DNA from: an uncultured Anaerococcus sp.
GTDB lineage: Bacteria > Bacillota > Clostridia > Tissierellales > Peptoniphilaceae
Reading direction: 5' to 3'
Length of the DNA: 64,000 nt
NCBI RefSeq assembly: GCF_937934665.1
Contig: NZ_CALGYW010000064.1
Coordinates: 25,256 to 89,255, forward strand
Part shown: positions 56,309-64,000 of the stretch, in pieces
Layout of the letters: every line of letters starts with the position of its first letter
How positions within the stretch are numbered: position 1 is the stretch's first letter
Notes under the pieces: model-generated
The model's database searches: none
What the model saw: the letters and a program-made list of their open reading frames with translations, nothing else
What the model was told of the DNA's origin: nothing
Position numbers and translations under genes: made by a program

Positions 56309-58432
56309 ATGAACGTAAAAGAACTAATAATAAATTTAATATACGATGACGATTATAGCCCAATGACTTTAAAGGAATTAGAACTTTATTTGAAGGCTGA
56401 TAAGTATACAAAATCTGCTGTAAAAGACATAGTAGACGAACTCGTAAAAGAAAATAAAATTAGAATATCAAATAAAAAAAGAATACTACCCCTAACTGAA
56501 GAAGAAATAAATCTTAAAGGAAAGATTTCAATAGCAGCAGGAGGCTATGGTTTTTTCATATCAGATAACAAAGATTTTGATGATGTATATATATCTAGAG
56601 ATAAGCTTAAGGGTGCTCATAATAACGACAAGGTAAGAATAAACATCATAAGAGAAAAACATAAGGGCAAAAATGCTGAGGGAGAAATAGTAGAGATCCT
56701 TGAAAGGGCTAATGAAGAGCTCATAGGTACCTTCCAGTCCAGTAAAAAATTTGGATTTGTAATATGCGATGATAGGTCACACCCTGATGATATCTATATT
56801 GAGAAAAAATATTCCATGGGTGCCAAAAATGGGGATAAGGTAGTAGTAGAAATAATATCTTATCCGAAATCAGGAAATCCTGAGGGAAGAATTGTAGAAA
56901 TAATTGGTGGTAAAAATGATAAGAATATAGATGTTCTATCAATAATTAGACAAGAAAAAATCCCAACTGAGTTTTCCAAACAAACTAAGAAAGGATTATT
57001 ATTTATAAATGATGTAGTAGGAAGCGATGAATTAAAAGATAGAACAGATTTTTCTCAGTCATATACAGTAACCATAGACGGTAGGGATTCAAAAGACTTT
57101 GATGATGCTATATCTATAGAAAAAAACGGTAATAATTACGACCTATATGTACACATAGCAGATGTAAGTCATTATGTAAAAAGGCATACAGCCCTAGATG
57201 ATGATGCTTATGAGAGAGGAAATTCCACCTATCTTTATAATATAGTAATTCCTATGTTACCAGAAAAACTTTCTAATGGAGTTTGCTCCTTAAATCCAGG
57301 AGAAATTCGCCTTACTCTTACAGCTAAGATGACCATAGATAAAAGGGGCAAGGTTCTAGATAATAATTTCTATAAATCCTATATTGTATCAGATAAGAGA
57401 CTTGTCTATGACGATGTAAATAATTTTCTAGAAGGGGATAAAGAAGTCTATGATAATGAAGTCCTAAAAGAAAAACTAGAGCTCTTTGATGAACTTTACA
57501 AGATATTAAGAAAGTCTCGTGAAAATCGTGGATCTATAGATTTTAACTTTGAGGAAAGCCAGATTGATGTCTCAGAAGATGGTAAAGTTTTAAGTATCGA
57601 GGCACTTGAAAGAGGCCCAGGCAATAAGATGATTGAGGAATTTATGCTTATAGCTAATGAAACTGTAGCAAGTTTGTTTGCTTATATGGATTTTCCATTT
57701 ATCTATAGGATTCACGAAAAACCAAGTGAAGAAAAACTTGATGGTTTTAAAAGAGCATTAAATGCTATGGGCTACAATATCAAGGGAAGTGAGCTTCACC
57801 CTAAAGACTTCCAAAATATCTTAAAAGAAGTGGAAGGGAAAAAGGAAGAAAAAATCATTAATATGCTCATGTTAAGGACTATGAAAAAAGCTAAGTATGC
57901 AAACTATAATGATATACATTTCGGCCTTTCTACAAAGTTTTACACTCATTTTACAGCCCCTATAAGAAGGTACCCTGACCTAATAGTGCATAGGGTTTTA
58001 AAATATTTTATTGAAAATAGGTTAAATAAGATAAATCAGACAAGCTTAGAGTCAAACCTTGAAGAAGCTTCTGAGCACTTATCTATAACAGAAAGACGCA
58101 GTGAAGAGGCTGAAAGAGCTGTAGAAGACTTAATGAAATGTAAGTATATGACTCGCTTTATTGGAGAAAAATTTGAAGGAAAAATCTCTTCTATAACTGA
58201 ATTTGGGATGTTTATAGAGCTTGATAATACAGTAGAAGGTCTATTTATGTATAAGTTTTCTGACCATAGGTATGATTTTTTAGAAGATAGTCTAAAAGCT
58301 TTTGATGTAGACACAAAAAAATATTATTCAATTGGTGAGGAAGTTAAAATAAGGGTCATAAATGTCGACCTAGTTAAAAGAGAAATAGACTTTTATTTGG
58401 AGGATTGTGATGAAATTATTAGCCAACAATAA
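56309..58432 (+). CDS. rnr: Ribonuclease R
   Basis: TIDGRDSKDFDDA, VHIADVS, HFTAPIRRYPD, C-terminal S1 domain. Confidence 0.95.
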   Translation: MNVKELIINLIYDDDYSPMTLKELELYLKADKYTKSAVKDIVDELVKENKIRISNKKRILPLTEEEINLKGKISIAAGGYGFFISDNKDFDDVYISRDKLKGAHNNDKVRINIIREKHKGKNAEGEIVEILERANEELIGTFQSSKKFGFVICDDRSHPDDIYIEKKYSMGAKNGDKVVVEIISYPKSGNPEGRIVEIIGGKNDKNIDVLSIIRQEKIPTEFSKQTKKGLLFINDVVGSDELKDRTDFSQSYTVTIDGRDSKDFDDAISIEKNGNNYDLYVHIADVSHYVKRHTALDDDAYERGNSTYLYNIVIPMLPEKLSNGVCSLNPGEIRLTLTAKMTIDKRGKVLDNNFYKSYIVSDKRLVYDDVNNFLEGDKEVYDNEVLKEKLELFDELYKILRKSRENRGSIDFNFEESQIDVSEDGKVLSIEALERGPGNKMIEEFMLIANETVASLFAYMDFPFIYRIHEKPSEEKLDGFKRALNAMGYNIKGSELHPKDFQNILKEVEGKKEEKIINMLMLRTMKKAKYANYNDIHFGLSTKFYTHFTAPIRRYPDLIVHRVLKYFIENRLNKINQTSLESNLEEASEHLSITERRSEEAERAVEDLMKCKYMTRFIGEKFEGKISSITEFGMFIELDNTVEGLFMYKFSDHRYDFLEDSLKAFDVDTKKYYSIGEEVKIRVINVDLVKREIDFYLEDCDEIISQQ

Positions 58433-58850
58433 AAAAGCCTTTCATGATTATTTTATAGAAGAAAGATATGAAGCAGGTCTTGAACTAAAGGGAAGTGAAG
58501 TAAAATCCATAAAAGCAGGTAAGGTTTCAATCAAAGAAGCCTTTATATCTGACCATAAGGGGGAGATGTTTGTCTATGGTATGCATGTAACTCCTTACAA
58601 GGAAGGATATGATAAGATTGATCCGACCAGAACGAGAAAACTTTTGCTCCATAAAAAAGAAATAAATAAACTAATAGGCAAGAAAACAGCGGATGGTTAT
58701 ACCCTTGTACCACTTAAAGTTTATGAAAATAATGGTCTAGTTAAGATAGAAATCGCCTTAGCCAAGGGTAAAAAACTCTACGATAAAAGAGAATCCATCA
58801 AAAGAAAAGATGATAAGAGACGCATGGAAAGAGCTATGAAGAATTATTAA
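58410..58850 (+). CDS. smpB: SsrA-binding protein
   Basis: NKKAFHDY, GSEVKS, RKLLLHKKEI, GKKLYDKRE. Confidence 0.97.
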   Translation: MKLLANNKKAFHDYFIEERYEAGLELKGSEVKSIKAGKVSIKEAFISDHKGEMFVYGMHVTPYKEGYDKIDPTRTRKLLLHKKEINKLIGKKTADGYTLVPLKVYENNGLVKIEIALAKGKKLYDKRESIKRKDDKRRMERAMKNY

Positions 58851-58854
58851 AATT

Positions 58855-59289
58855 ATGAATTACATTAGAATGAGCGAAAAAGATTTGGATATTATCACAA
58901 GTCTTTATGTAAAATACTATAATGAAAATGAAGATGGAATTTGGACTTTTAAGAAGGCCTACAAAAGGATTAGGCAAGTACTATTAACTCCTGATTCCTA
59001 TTGCCTTATCCAAGAAATTAATGGCCTTTATACCGGATTTTTGATGGGCTATATAAAAGAATATGATGATTTGAAATCTTACTTTCTAGAAGAAATTGTC
59101 GTTTTTAAAGATTTTCAAGATAAGGGTCTTGGGTCCTTATTAATTAATGAACTTGAAAGACAATTATTAGATCTTGATATAAGTATGATTGAATTAATGA
59201 GTGTAAATGATACCAAACACTTACATTTTTATGAAAAATTTTCATTTGAGAAGTCAAATAACCTATTAGTTATGAGTAAATTTCTATAA
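58855..59289 (+). CDS. GNAT-family acetyltransferase
   Basis: LEEIVVFKDFQDKGLGSLL motif A, FYEKFSF. Confidence 0.85.
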   Translation: MNYIRMSEKDLDIITSLYVKYYNENEDGIWTFKKAYKRIRQVLLTPDSYCLIQEINGLYTGFLMGYIKEYDDLKSYFLEEIVVFKDFQDKGLGSLLINELERQLLDLDISMIELMSVNDTKHLHFYEKFSFEKSNNLLVMSKFL

Positions 59290-59294
59290 ATATT

Positions 59295-59337
59295 AAAAAT
59301 CCTCTTCTTAGTTAAAACTAAAAAGAGGATTTTTTTT
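59295..59337. terminator. Bidirectional intrinsic terminator
   Basis: AAAAATCCTCTT / AAGAGGATTTTT. Confidence 0.85.
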
Positions 59338-60223
59338 ATATTTCATTTTCTAAATATAAAAATTGTGGATTTGGCATTTTTATATTATTTTTTCTAAATT
59401 CGTCAAAAATAGTATTTTGCATTATCATTTTATTTTTACCAATCTCATAGTAGGCGGTAAACAACTGGACATAAATTTTAAATCCATTATTTGCAAGCTC
59501 TGCTCTTACAGTAGGTTTTGATACCTCACCATAAGAATCCATTGATTCTTGAAATACATTAACGTCTTCCTTATCGTAATTATGTATTATTTGCAGGCAT
59601 TTATCATAAGCCACTTTGCCTGCGAGCTTTATAGCCTCATCCCTATCATCAAAATCAACTAAGATTGAGGTATCTACAAAAACGTATTTATAGGTGTGGT
59701 TATAATTTAGTACAGGATATTCAAAAATATACCTATTAGGGACTGACACATATCTACCAGTATGGGTCTTAGTTGTTGTTAGATCTCCCATCTCTAAGAG
59801 ATTAAATTGTAAGAAGTCCAAGTCTATCAATTCTCCAACTATACCATTAACTTCAATAACTTGGCCCATACTGAAGGGTTTTCTAGCCAAAATATAAAAG
59901 TAGGCTACTATATCAATAATTAAATCCTTAGCTGCAAGGGCCACAATAGCAATGATTAAGGAAACAACAACACCTAGAGCCCTGATGTCTGGAAAATATA
60001 TTAGAAGAAATAAGATGAAGTTAGCTGCAATAACCACAACCCTTAGAACTCTCATAAGCTTTGATACCTTAGCTTCATCCTTCATGATTTTTCTAAAAAA
60101 TTTACCTATTATTTGCATTAGGATGTAAGAAGCGTAAATAATAACTAACAATATAAGGCTCTTTTTTAGAACCATCTCTGCATCAACATTATCTCTTTCT
60201 AAATATCTTATAAACTTATCCAT
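59336..60223 (-). CDS. MscS-family mechanosensitive channel
   Basis: Three TM helices, then KPFSMGQVIEVNGIVGE...VPN. Confidence 0.8.
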   Translation of the reverse strand: MDKFIRYLERDNVDAEMVLKKSLILLVIIYASYILMQIIGKFFRKIMKDEAKVSKLMRVLRVVVIAANFILFLLIYFPDIRALGVVVSLIIAIVALAAKDLIIDIVAYFYILARKPFSMGQVIEVNGIVGELIDLDFLQFNLLEMGDLTTTKTHTGRYVSVPNRYIFEYPVLNYNHTYKYVFVDTSILVDFDDRDEAIKLAGKVAYDKCLQIIHNYDKEDVNVFQESMDSYGEVSKPTVRAELANNGFKIYVQLFTAYYEIGKNKMIMQNTIFDEFRKNNIKMPNPQFLYLENEI

Positions 60224-61414
60224 TAGTTTTCCTTTCGTAAAAATCTATATGAAACTTCTGCAAGAAGTCCACTTCCAATATAAAGGGTATCTTCATATAT
60301 ATCAAATTTTGATGAATGATGAGGGTAGGTACGTCCGTCAACATATGGTTTCAGGTTATTTAAGGAAATATATGCTCCCTTTGTCTTCTTTAAGAAAAAG
60401 GCGAAATCATCCGCTCCCATAGTTGGCTTTGAAAGAGTAATTACCCTACTAGCTCCAAGAAGGTCCGTTGCTGTATCTTTTACAAATTTAGTAAAATCAG
60501 AATCATTGACTAGGGATGGATAGTATCTCTTGTAGGTAAACTCAGCCTTAGCCCCATAGGCCTTTGAAATATTTGAGGAGATTTCTACCATTCTTTTTTC
60601 TAAAAAATCCCTAGTTTCATCGTTAAAACACCTGACTGTTCCTTCTTCGAAAACTATTTCTGGTATAACATTCTGGTTAACACCTCCATGAATTTGACAG
60701 ATAGAAATTAAAGCAGGATTTAGGGGGTCCATCTCTCTTGAGATTAACTTATAAAAAGCGTTGTTAATTTCACCAATAATTGATATAGGATCTATGAATG
60801 ATTCGACTCTTGCACCGTGGCCACCCTTACCAATAACTTTTAAACTAAAGGCATCCATACTTGCTATCATTTCACCATTTTCACGGCTATAGTTCCTTTT
60901 GTATATGATCCAAAAAGACCTCTCTCATGGATAGCAATAATCCTATCTACCTTAGGATTTTCCAGACAGCCTTCTCTTATCATAGGCTTTGCACCACCAG
61001 GTATTTCTTCTCCCGGCTGAAAAAGCACCTTAACAAGACCTCCTAACCTATCCTCATTTGCTTTTAAAATCTCACAGGCGCCAAAAGAGCCATGGCTACA
61101 TGTCCATCATGGCCACATGCATGCATAAGCCCCTCATGCTCTGACTTATAAGCTAGTTTTGTATCCTCTTTAATTTCTAGGGCGTCCATATCAGCTCTTA
61201 TAGCTATACATTTACCACGATATTTCCCTATATAAGCAACAATAGATCTACCACCCATTAGCATATGGTAAGGAATATCCATTTCATCAAGTCTATTACA
61301 AATATAGGAGGTCGTTTTAGGTAGGTCCAATTCTAGTTCTGGAATTTTATGAAGATTTCTTCTGTCACTTATTATTTTTTCTTGATTCTCTTTAGCTAAA
61401 TTTAACAAATTCAT
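60223..61414 (-). pseudogene. M20D amidohydrolase (hippuricase/carboxypeptidase-like) with two frameshifts
   Basis: RRNLHKIPEL, RADMDAL, MHACGHDGH, then FQPGEE in another frame, then GGHGA, GADDF, HH; shifts near 61085 and 60880. Confidence 0.85.
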
Positions 61415-61496
61415 ATTTTTCTCCTAAGTTTAATTATATCATAAATCTAATACTTTATTTATAATTTGACACTTGTATAGTGGTATAGAGGTAAAT

Positions 61497-62426
61497 ATGA
61501 CAGAAAAGATTTTAAATTTAACCAAAATTGATATGGATTCTTTAATAATTTATTCTAAAAGTGAGGGTATCCTATTTGAAAAATTCAGTGATGAAAGAAT
61601 CAACGTTAGGTCTATTGCAAAAGTAGTAACAAGCCTTGCTTGTGGAATTTTAATTGAAAAATCTCATGGAGATTTTAATGAGGATACTCTAATCTATGAT
61701 ATATTAAAAGATAGGGTAAGCATAGCGAATAGAAAAAATATACCAAAATTAAAAAAAATCAGGGTAAAAGATTGTTTAACCCATACTATGGGTTATAGGG
61801 ATATAATTTTGATGAGTAAGGATATAATAGATTTAAATAAGGACAAACTTCTTGATTACACCTTATCATATCCTTTATATTATGAACCAGGAAAAGAGTT
61901 TTTATATTCAAATGCTGGTTATTACGTTTTATCAGCTACTATGGAAGAGTATTTGGGATATGATTTATATGATTTTATAAATGAAAATCTTTTTAAAAAA
62001 TTAGATATTTCATCTCCTAGATGGGAGAGTTACGGTAAATATCTTGTAGGTGCTAGCAAATTATATTTAAATTCTCAAGACTTACTTAGGTTAGGAAAAC
62101 TTATTTTAAATGAGGGATTGTATGAAGGGGAGAGGATTGTTTCCTCAAGCTGGATAAGAAAAATGTCATCAAGTTTATACAAAAACGATAAAGATTATAT
62201 AGATAGGTCTGCTTTATCAGATGATTACTATGGTTATAGCCTTTGGACTGGAAAAGACGATCTTGTTTATGCATCAGGTACTGGTGGCCAATATGTTATA
62301 TTTTTAGAAAAAGAGGGTATTATCATAGTGACTACAAACGGAGGGGACTCTAATAAGGCGCCTCTTATAAAGAGTCGAATTACTACTATTATTCAAGATT
62401 TTAGAAAGGAATACAATGGACTATAA
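61497..62426 (+). CDS. Serine hydrolase, beta-lactamase-related fold, no signal peptide
   Basis: SIAK (SxxK), LTHTMG, FLYSN (YxN), YGYSLW; SD GAGG before ATG 61497. Confidence 0.85.
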   Translation: MTEKILNLTKIDMDSLIIYSKSEGILFEKFSDERINVRSIAKVVTSLACGILIEKSHGDFNEDTLIYDILKDRVSIANRKNIPKLKKIRVKDCLTHTMGYRDIILMSKDIIDLNKDKLLDYTLSYPLYYEPGKEFLYSNAGYYVLSATMEEYLGYDLYDFINENLFKKLDISSPRWESYGKYLVGASKLYLNSQDLLRLGKLILNEGLYEGERIVSSSWIRKMSSSLYKNDKDYIDRSALSDDYYGYSLWTGKDDLVYASGTGGQYVIFLEKEGIIIVTTNGGDSNKAPLIKSRITTIIQDFRKEYNGL

Positions 62427-62718
62427 TTATTTAATAAAACACACAGAAACTTATGAAAACTACAAAGACCTTATAGAAAAAGTTAATGAGTTATTAGACA
62501 AGCTTGAAAATGACAGGAAAGATTTTAATAAGCTTGTAGAGTATTACTATAGCGAGCAATTTCAAAAAGATTATGATGCCTCAAACCAAGGCAAGATTGA
62601 TTCTTCAATCAATCAAGGTATTCTTTCAGAAGATGCTATCTATGACTTGATGGGAGACGATTACTACCTAGCCTTAAGATTTTTAGACCTAGCAAATAAA
62701 ATGATTCAACAGAAATAA
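62416..62718 (+). CDS. DUF4298-like protein
   Basis: LVEYYYSEQFQKDYDA...GILSEDAIYDL resembles DUF4298. Confidence 0.7.
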   Translation: MDYNYLIKHTETYENYKDLIEKVNELLDKLENDRKDFNKLVEYYYSEQFQKDYDASNQGKIDSSINQGILSEDAIYDLMGDDYYLALRFLDLANKMIQQK

Positions 62719-62753
62719 AAAATGCACTCAAGCTTAGGCTAGAGTGCATTTTT
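62718..62753. terminator. Bidirectional intrinsic terminator
   Basis: AAAAATGCACTC / GAGTGCATTTTT. Confidence 0.88.
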
Positions 62754-62754
62754 A

Positions 62755-63492
62755 TTATCTTCTTCTCTTGCTAAAAGAAGTAACAACAGCGCTTGCAACG
62801 AGTATTGCAACTATTGATTCTGGTATAGCGTTGGTAACAAAAGCAGAAAATATTGTTTTTGCAGCAAGATCTGGGCTAATACCTATAGCTAGAGCATATT
62901 TTTGTGCGTAAAAAATATAGATTAAACTTAGTACAAGTCCAGAATTTGTAAGAGTTCCCATAAAAGAACTTACAGCTATGGCAAAATTTGCCTTCTTATT
63001 TTTAACAGATAGGTAGAGCATCACACAGGCAATTAATAAAAATATTATGGAAAATATTTTATTAATTAAATCTACATCTGACCTAAAAGATTTTACTGTA
63101 ACTACTCCTAGAACGATTACAATTACTGCCCAGAAGATATTCATAAATAGTCTTAATTTGTTATTATCTTTGTTTTTTAGTCCCTTATATACAAGACCTG
63201 TTACTACACCGATTAGGATCCTTGGAACTATCGATATAAGTGGATTATAAAATACGAAAGATATAGGTGTTGGTCTTGTCATAGCATTAAATAACGAGAA
63301 AAAACCAAATATAAGTCCGACTAAGCCTCCTACTACAGGCCCTTCAAGAATACCTGCTATTATTACTGGAATATGTAGACTAGTTATCGTTAAAATTCCT
63401 AGTGGAATAAAACCTAAAGGGGTTAGGCCTAGCATAACAACTATGGCTCCTAGTATACCAACAGTGGTGAGATTTTTTGTTTCTAATTTCAT
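62755..63492 (-). CDS. ECF transporter S component, PanT-like (pantothenate)
   Basis: TPLGFIP..TSLHIPVII..ILEGP..G, NPLISIVPRILIG, GTLTN, NAIPE. Confidence 0.8.
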   Translation of the reverse strand: MKLETKNLTTVGILGAIVVMLGLTPLGFIPLGILTITSLHIPVIIAGILEGPVVGGLVGLIFGFFSLFNAMTRPTPISFVFYNPLISIVPRILIGVVTGLVYKGLKNKDNNKLRLFMNIFWAVIVIVLGVVTVKSFRSDVDLINKIFSIIFLLIACVMLYLSVKNKKANFAIAVSSFMGTLTNSGLVLSLIYIFYAQKYALAIGISPDLAAKTIFSAFVTNAIPESIVAILVASAVVTSFSKRRR

Positions 63493-63598
63493 TAATTCCT
63501 CCTAAATCTCAATTCTTTTTTATATTATACGAGAAAAAATAAAAACACAAGTCTTATTTTTATATAAATCTTCAAATATTTAATATTCCATTTAGACA

Positions 63599-63622
63599 TA
63601 AAAAAAGAGGCAAAGGCCTCTT
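63599..63622 (-). terminator. Terminator downstream of tRNA-Lys
   Basis: AAGAGGC/GCCTCTT stem with a T-tract on the minus strand. Confidence 0.8.
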
Positions 63623-63630
63623 AAAAAATT

Positions 63631-63706
63631 TGGTGCACCATCAGGGATTCGAACCCTGGACGCCCTGATTAAGAGTCAGGTGCTCTACCAACTGAGCTAA
63701 TGGTGC
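63631..63706 (-). tRNA. tRNA-Lys (anticodon CUU)
   Basis: GCACCATTAGCTCAGTTGGTAGAGCACCTGACTCTTAATCAGGGCGTCCAGGGTTCGAATCCCTGATGGTGCACCA; 76-nt cloverleaf with encoded CCA. Confidence 0.97.
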
Positions 63707-63730
63707 ATATCGTCTCTCAACTGCTTTTAT

Positions 63731-63759
63731 AGTATATCACCATATCTAGCTTATGTCAA
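63731..63759 (-). promoter_or_regulatory. Sigma-A promoter of tRNA-Lys
   Basis: TTGACA-17 bp-TATACT with an extended TG on the minus strand. Confidence 0.88.
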
Positions 63760-63763
63760 GTTT

Positions 63764-64000
63764 TTATTTCGAAAATTTCCAAATTTTTAATATTTGGTCT
63801 GAAATGTCGTCATAGTCCCATTCTATGATAGAATTTTTAACACTATTTGGGTCATTTATAATAAATTTTCCATCTTTATAGGAATCTATTACTAAAATAT
63901 GACCATAGAGTGTAAAATATCCTCTACCAACAGATATCAAAAGAGGAGAATCTTTTAGAGCTTCTATCATTTTATCTTTATCAAGGTTTACATCACTAAC
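63764..64000 (-). CDS. C39-like peptidase, C-terminal part (truncated by window edge)
   Basis: G.FT..GHILVI...INDPNS His/Asp motif typical of Peptidase_C39-like proteins. Confidence 0.7.
   Translation of the reverse strand, partial: VSDVNLDKDKMIEALKDSPLLISVGRGYFTLYGHILVIDSYKDGKFIINDPNSVKNSIIEWDYDDISDQILKIWKFSK

Noticed and set aside
58850..59340. tmRNA (ssrA) next to smpB
   Set aside because: No tRNA-like GGGG...ACCA ends or free space; the region is a GNAT gene
61497..62426. Beta-lactam resistance gene
   Set aside because: No signal peptide and no KTG motif; the fold alone does not imply beta-lactamase activity
63500..63760. tRNA-Lys as an integration site for an island or prophage
   Set aside because: No integrase and no duplicated tRNA 3' end seen in the window

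Overview
Core-chromosome segment of an AT-rich anaerobic Firmicute. Gene content and order suggest Tissierellia, Anaerococcus-like (inference). In order: 3' end of a methionine aminopeptidase; a BglG antiterminator / beta-glucoside-family PTS / PHP phosphoesterase operon with a RAT and terminator; tdk and ychF; aminopeptidase P-uvrC-hprK; a decayed PFOR pseudogene in tandem with an intact PFOR; asp23-fakA-recG-rsmD-coaD-sepIVA-like; tmcAL; the efp to recN to scpAB to cmk-plsC-ispH::rpsA-miaB run; an A/V-type ATPase operon; rodA, nth, trmL, trxB; gap-pgk-tpiA-eno-secG-rnr-smpB; and a small accessory tail (GNAT, MscS, frameshifted M20 amidohydrolase, serine hydrolase, DUF4298, PanT-like, tRNA-Lys(CUU), C39-like peptidase). 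I saw no mobile elements or CRISPR arrays. The most striking observation is in the A/V-ATPase: subunit I is split in two, and a subunit-G-like coiled coil is fused at the split point. Other highlights are the PTS operon with a PHP phosphoesterase in place of a phospho-glucosidase, two candidate AUU start codons, a FakA lacking its Zn-binding motif, and an internal start site in ispH::rpsA. All calls come from reading motifs by eye; no database searches were run.
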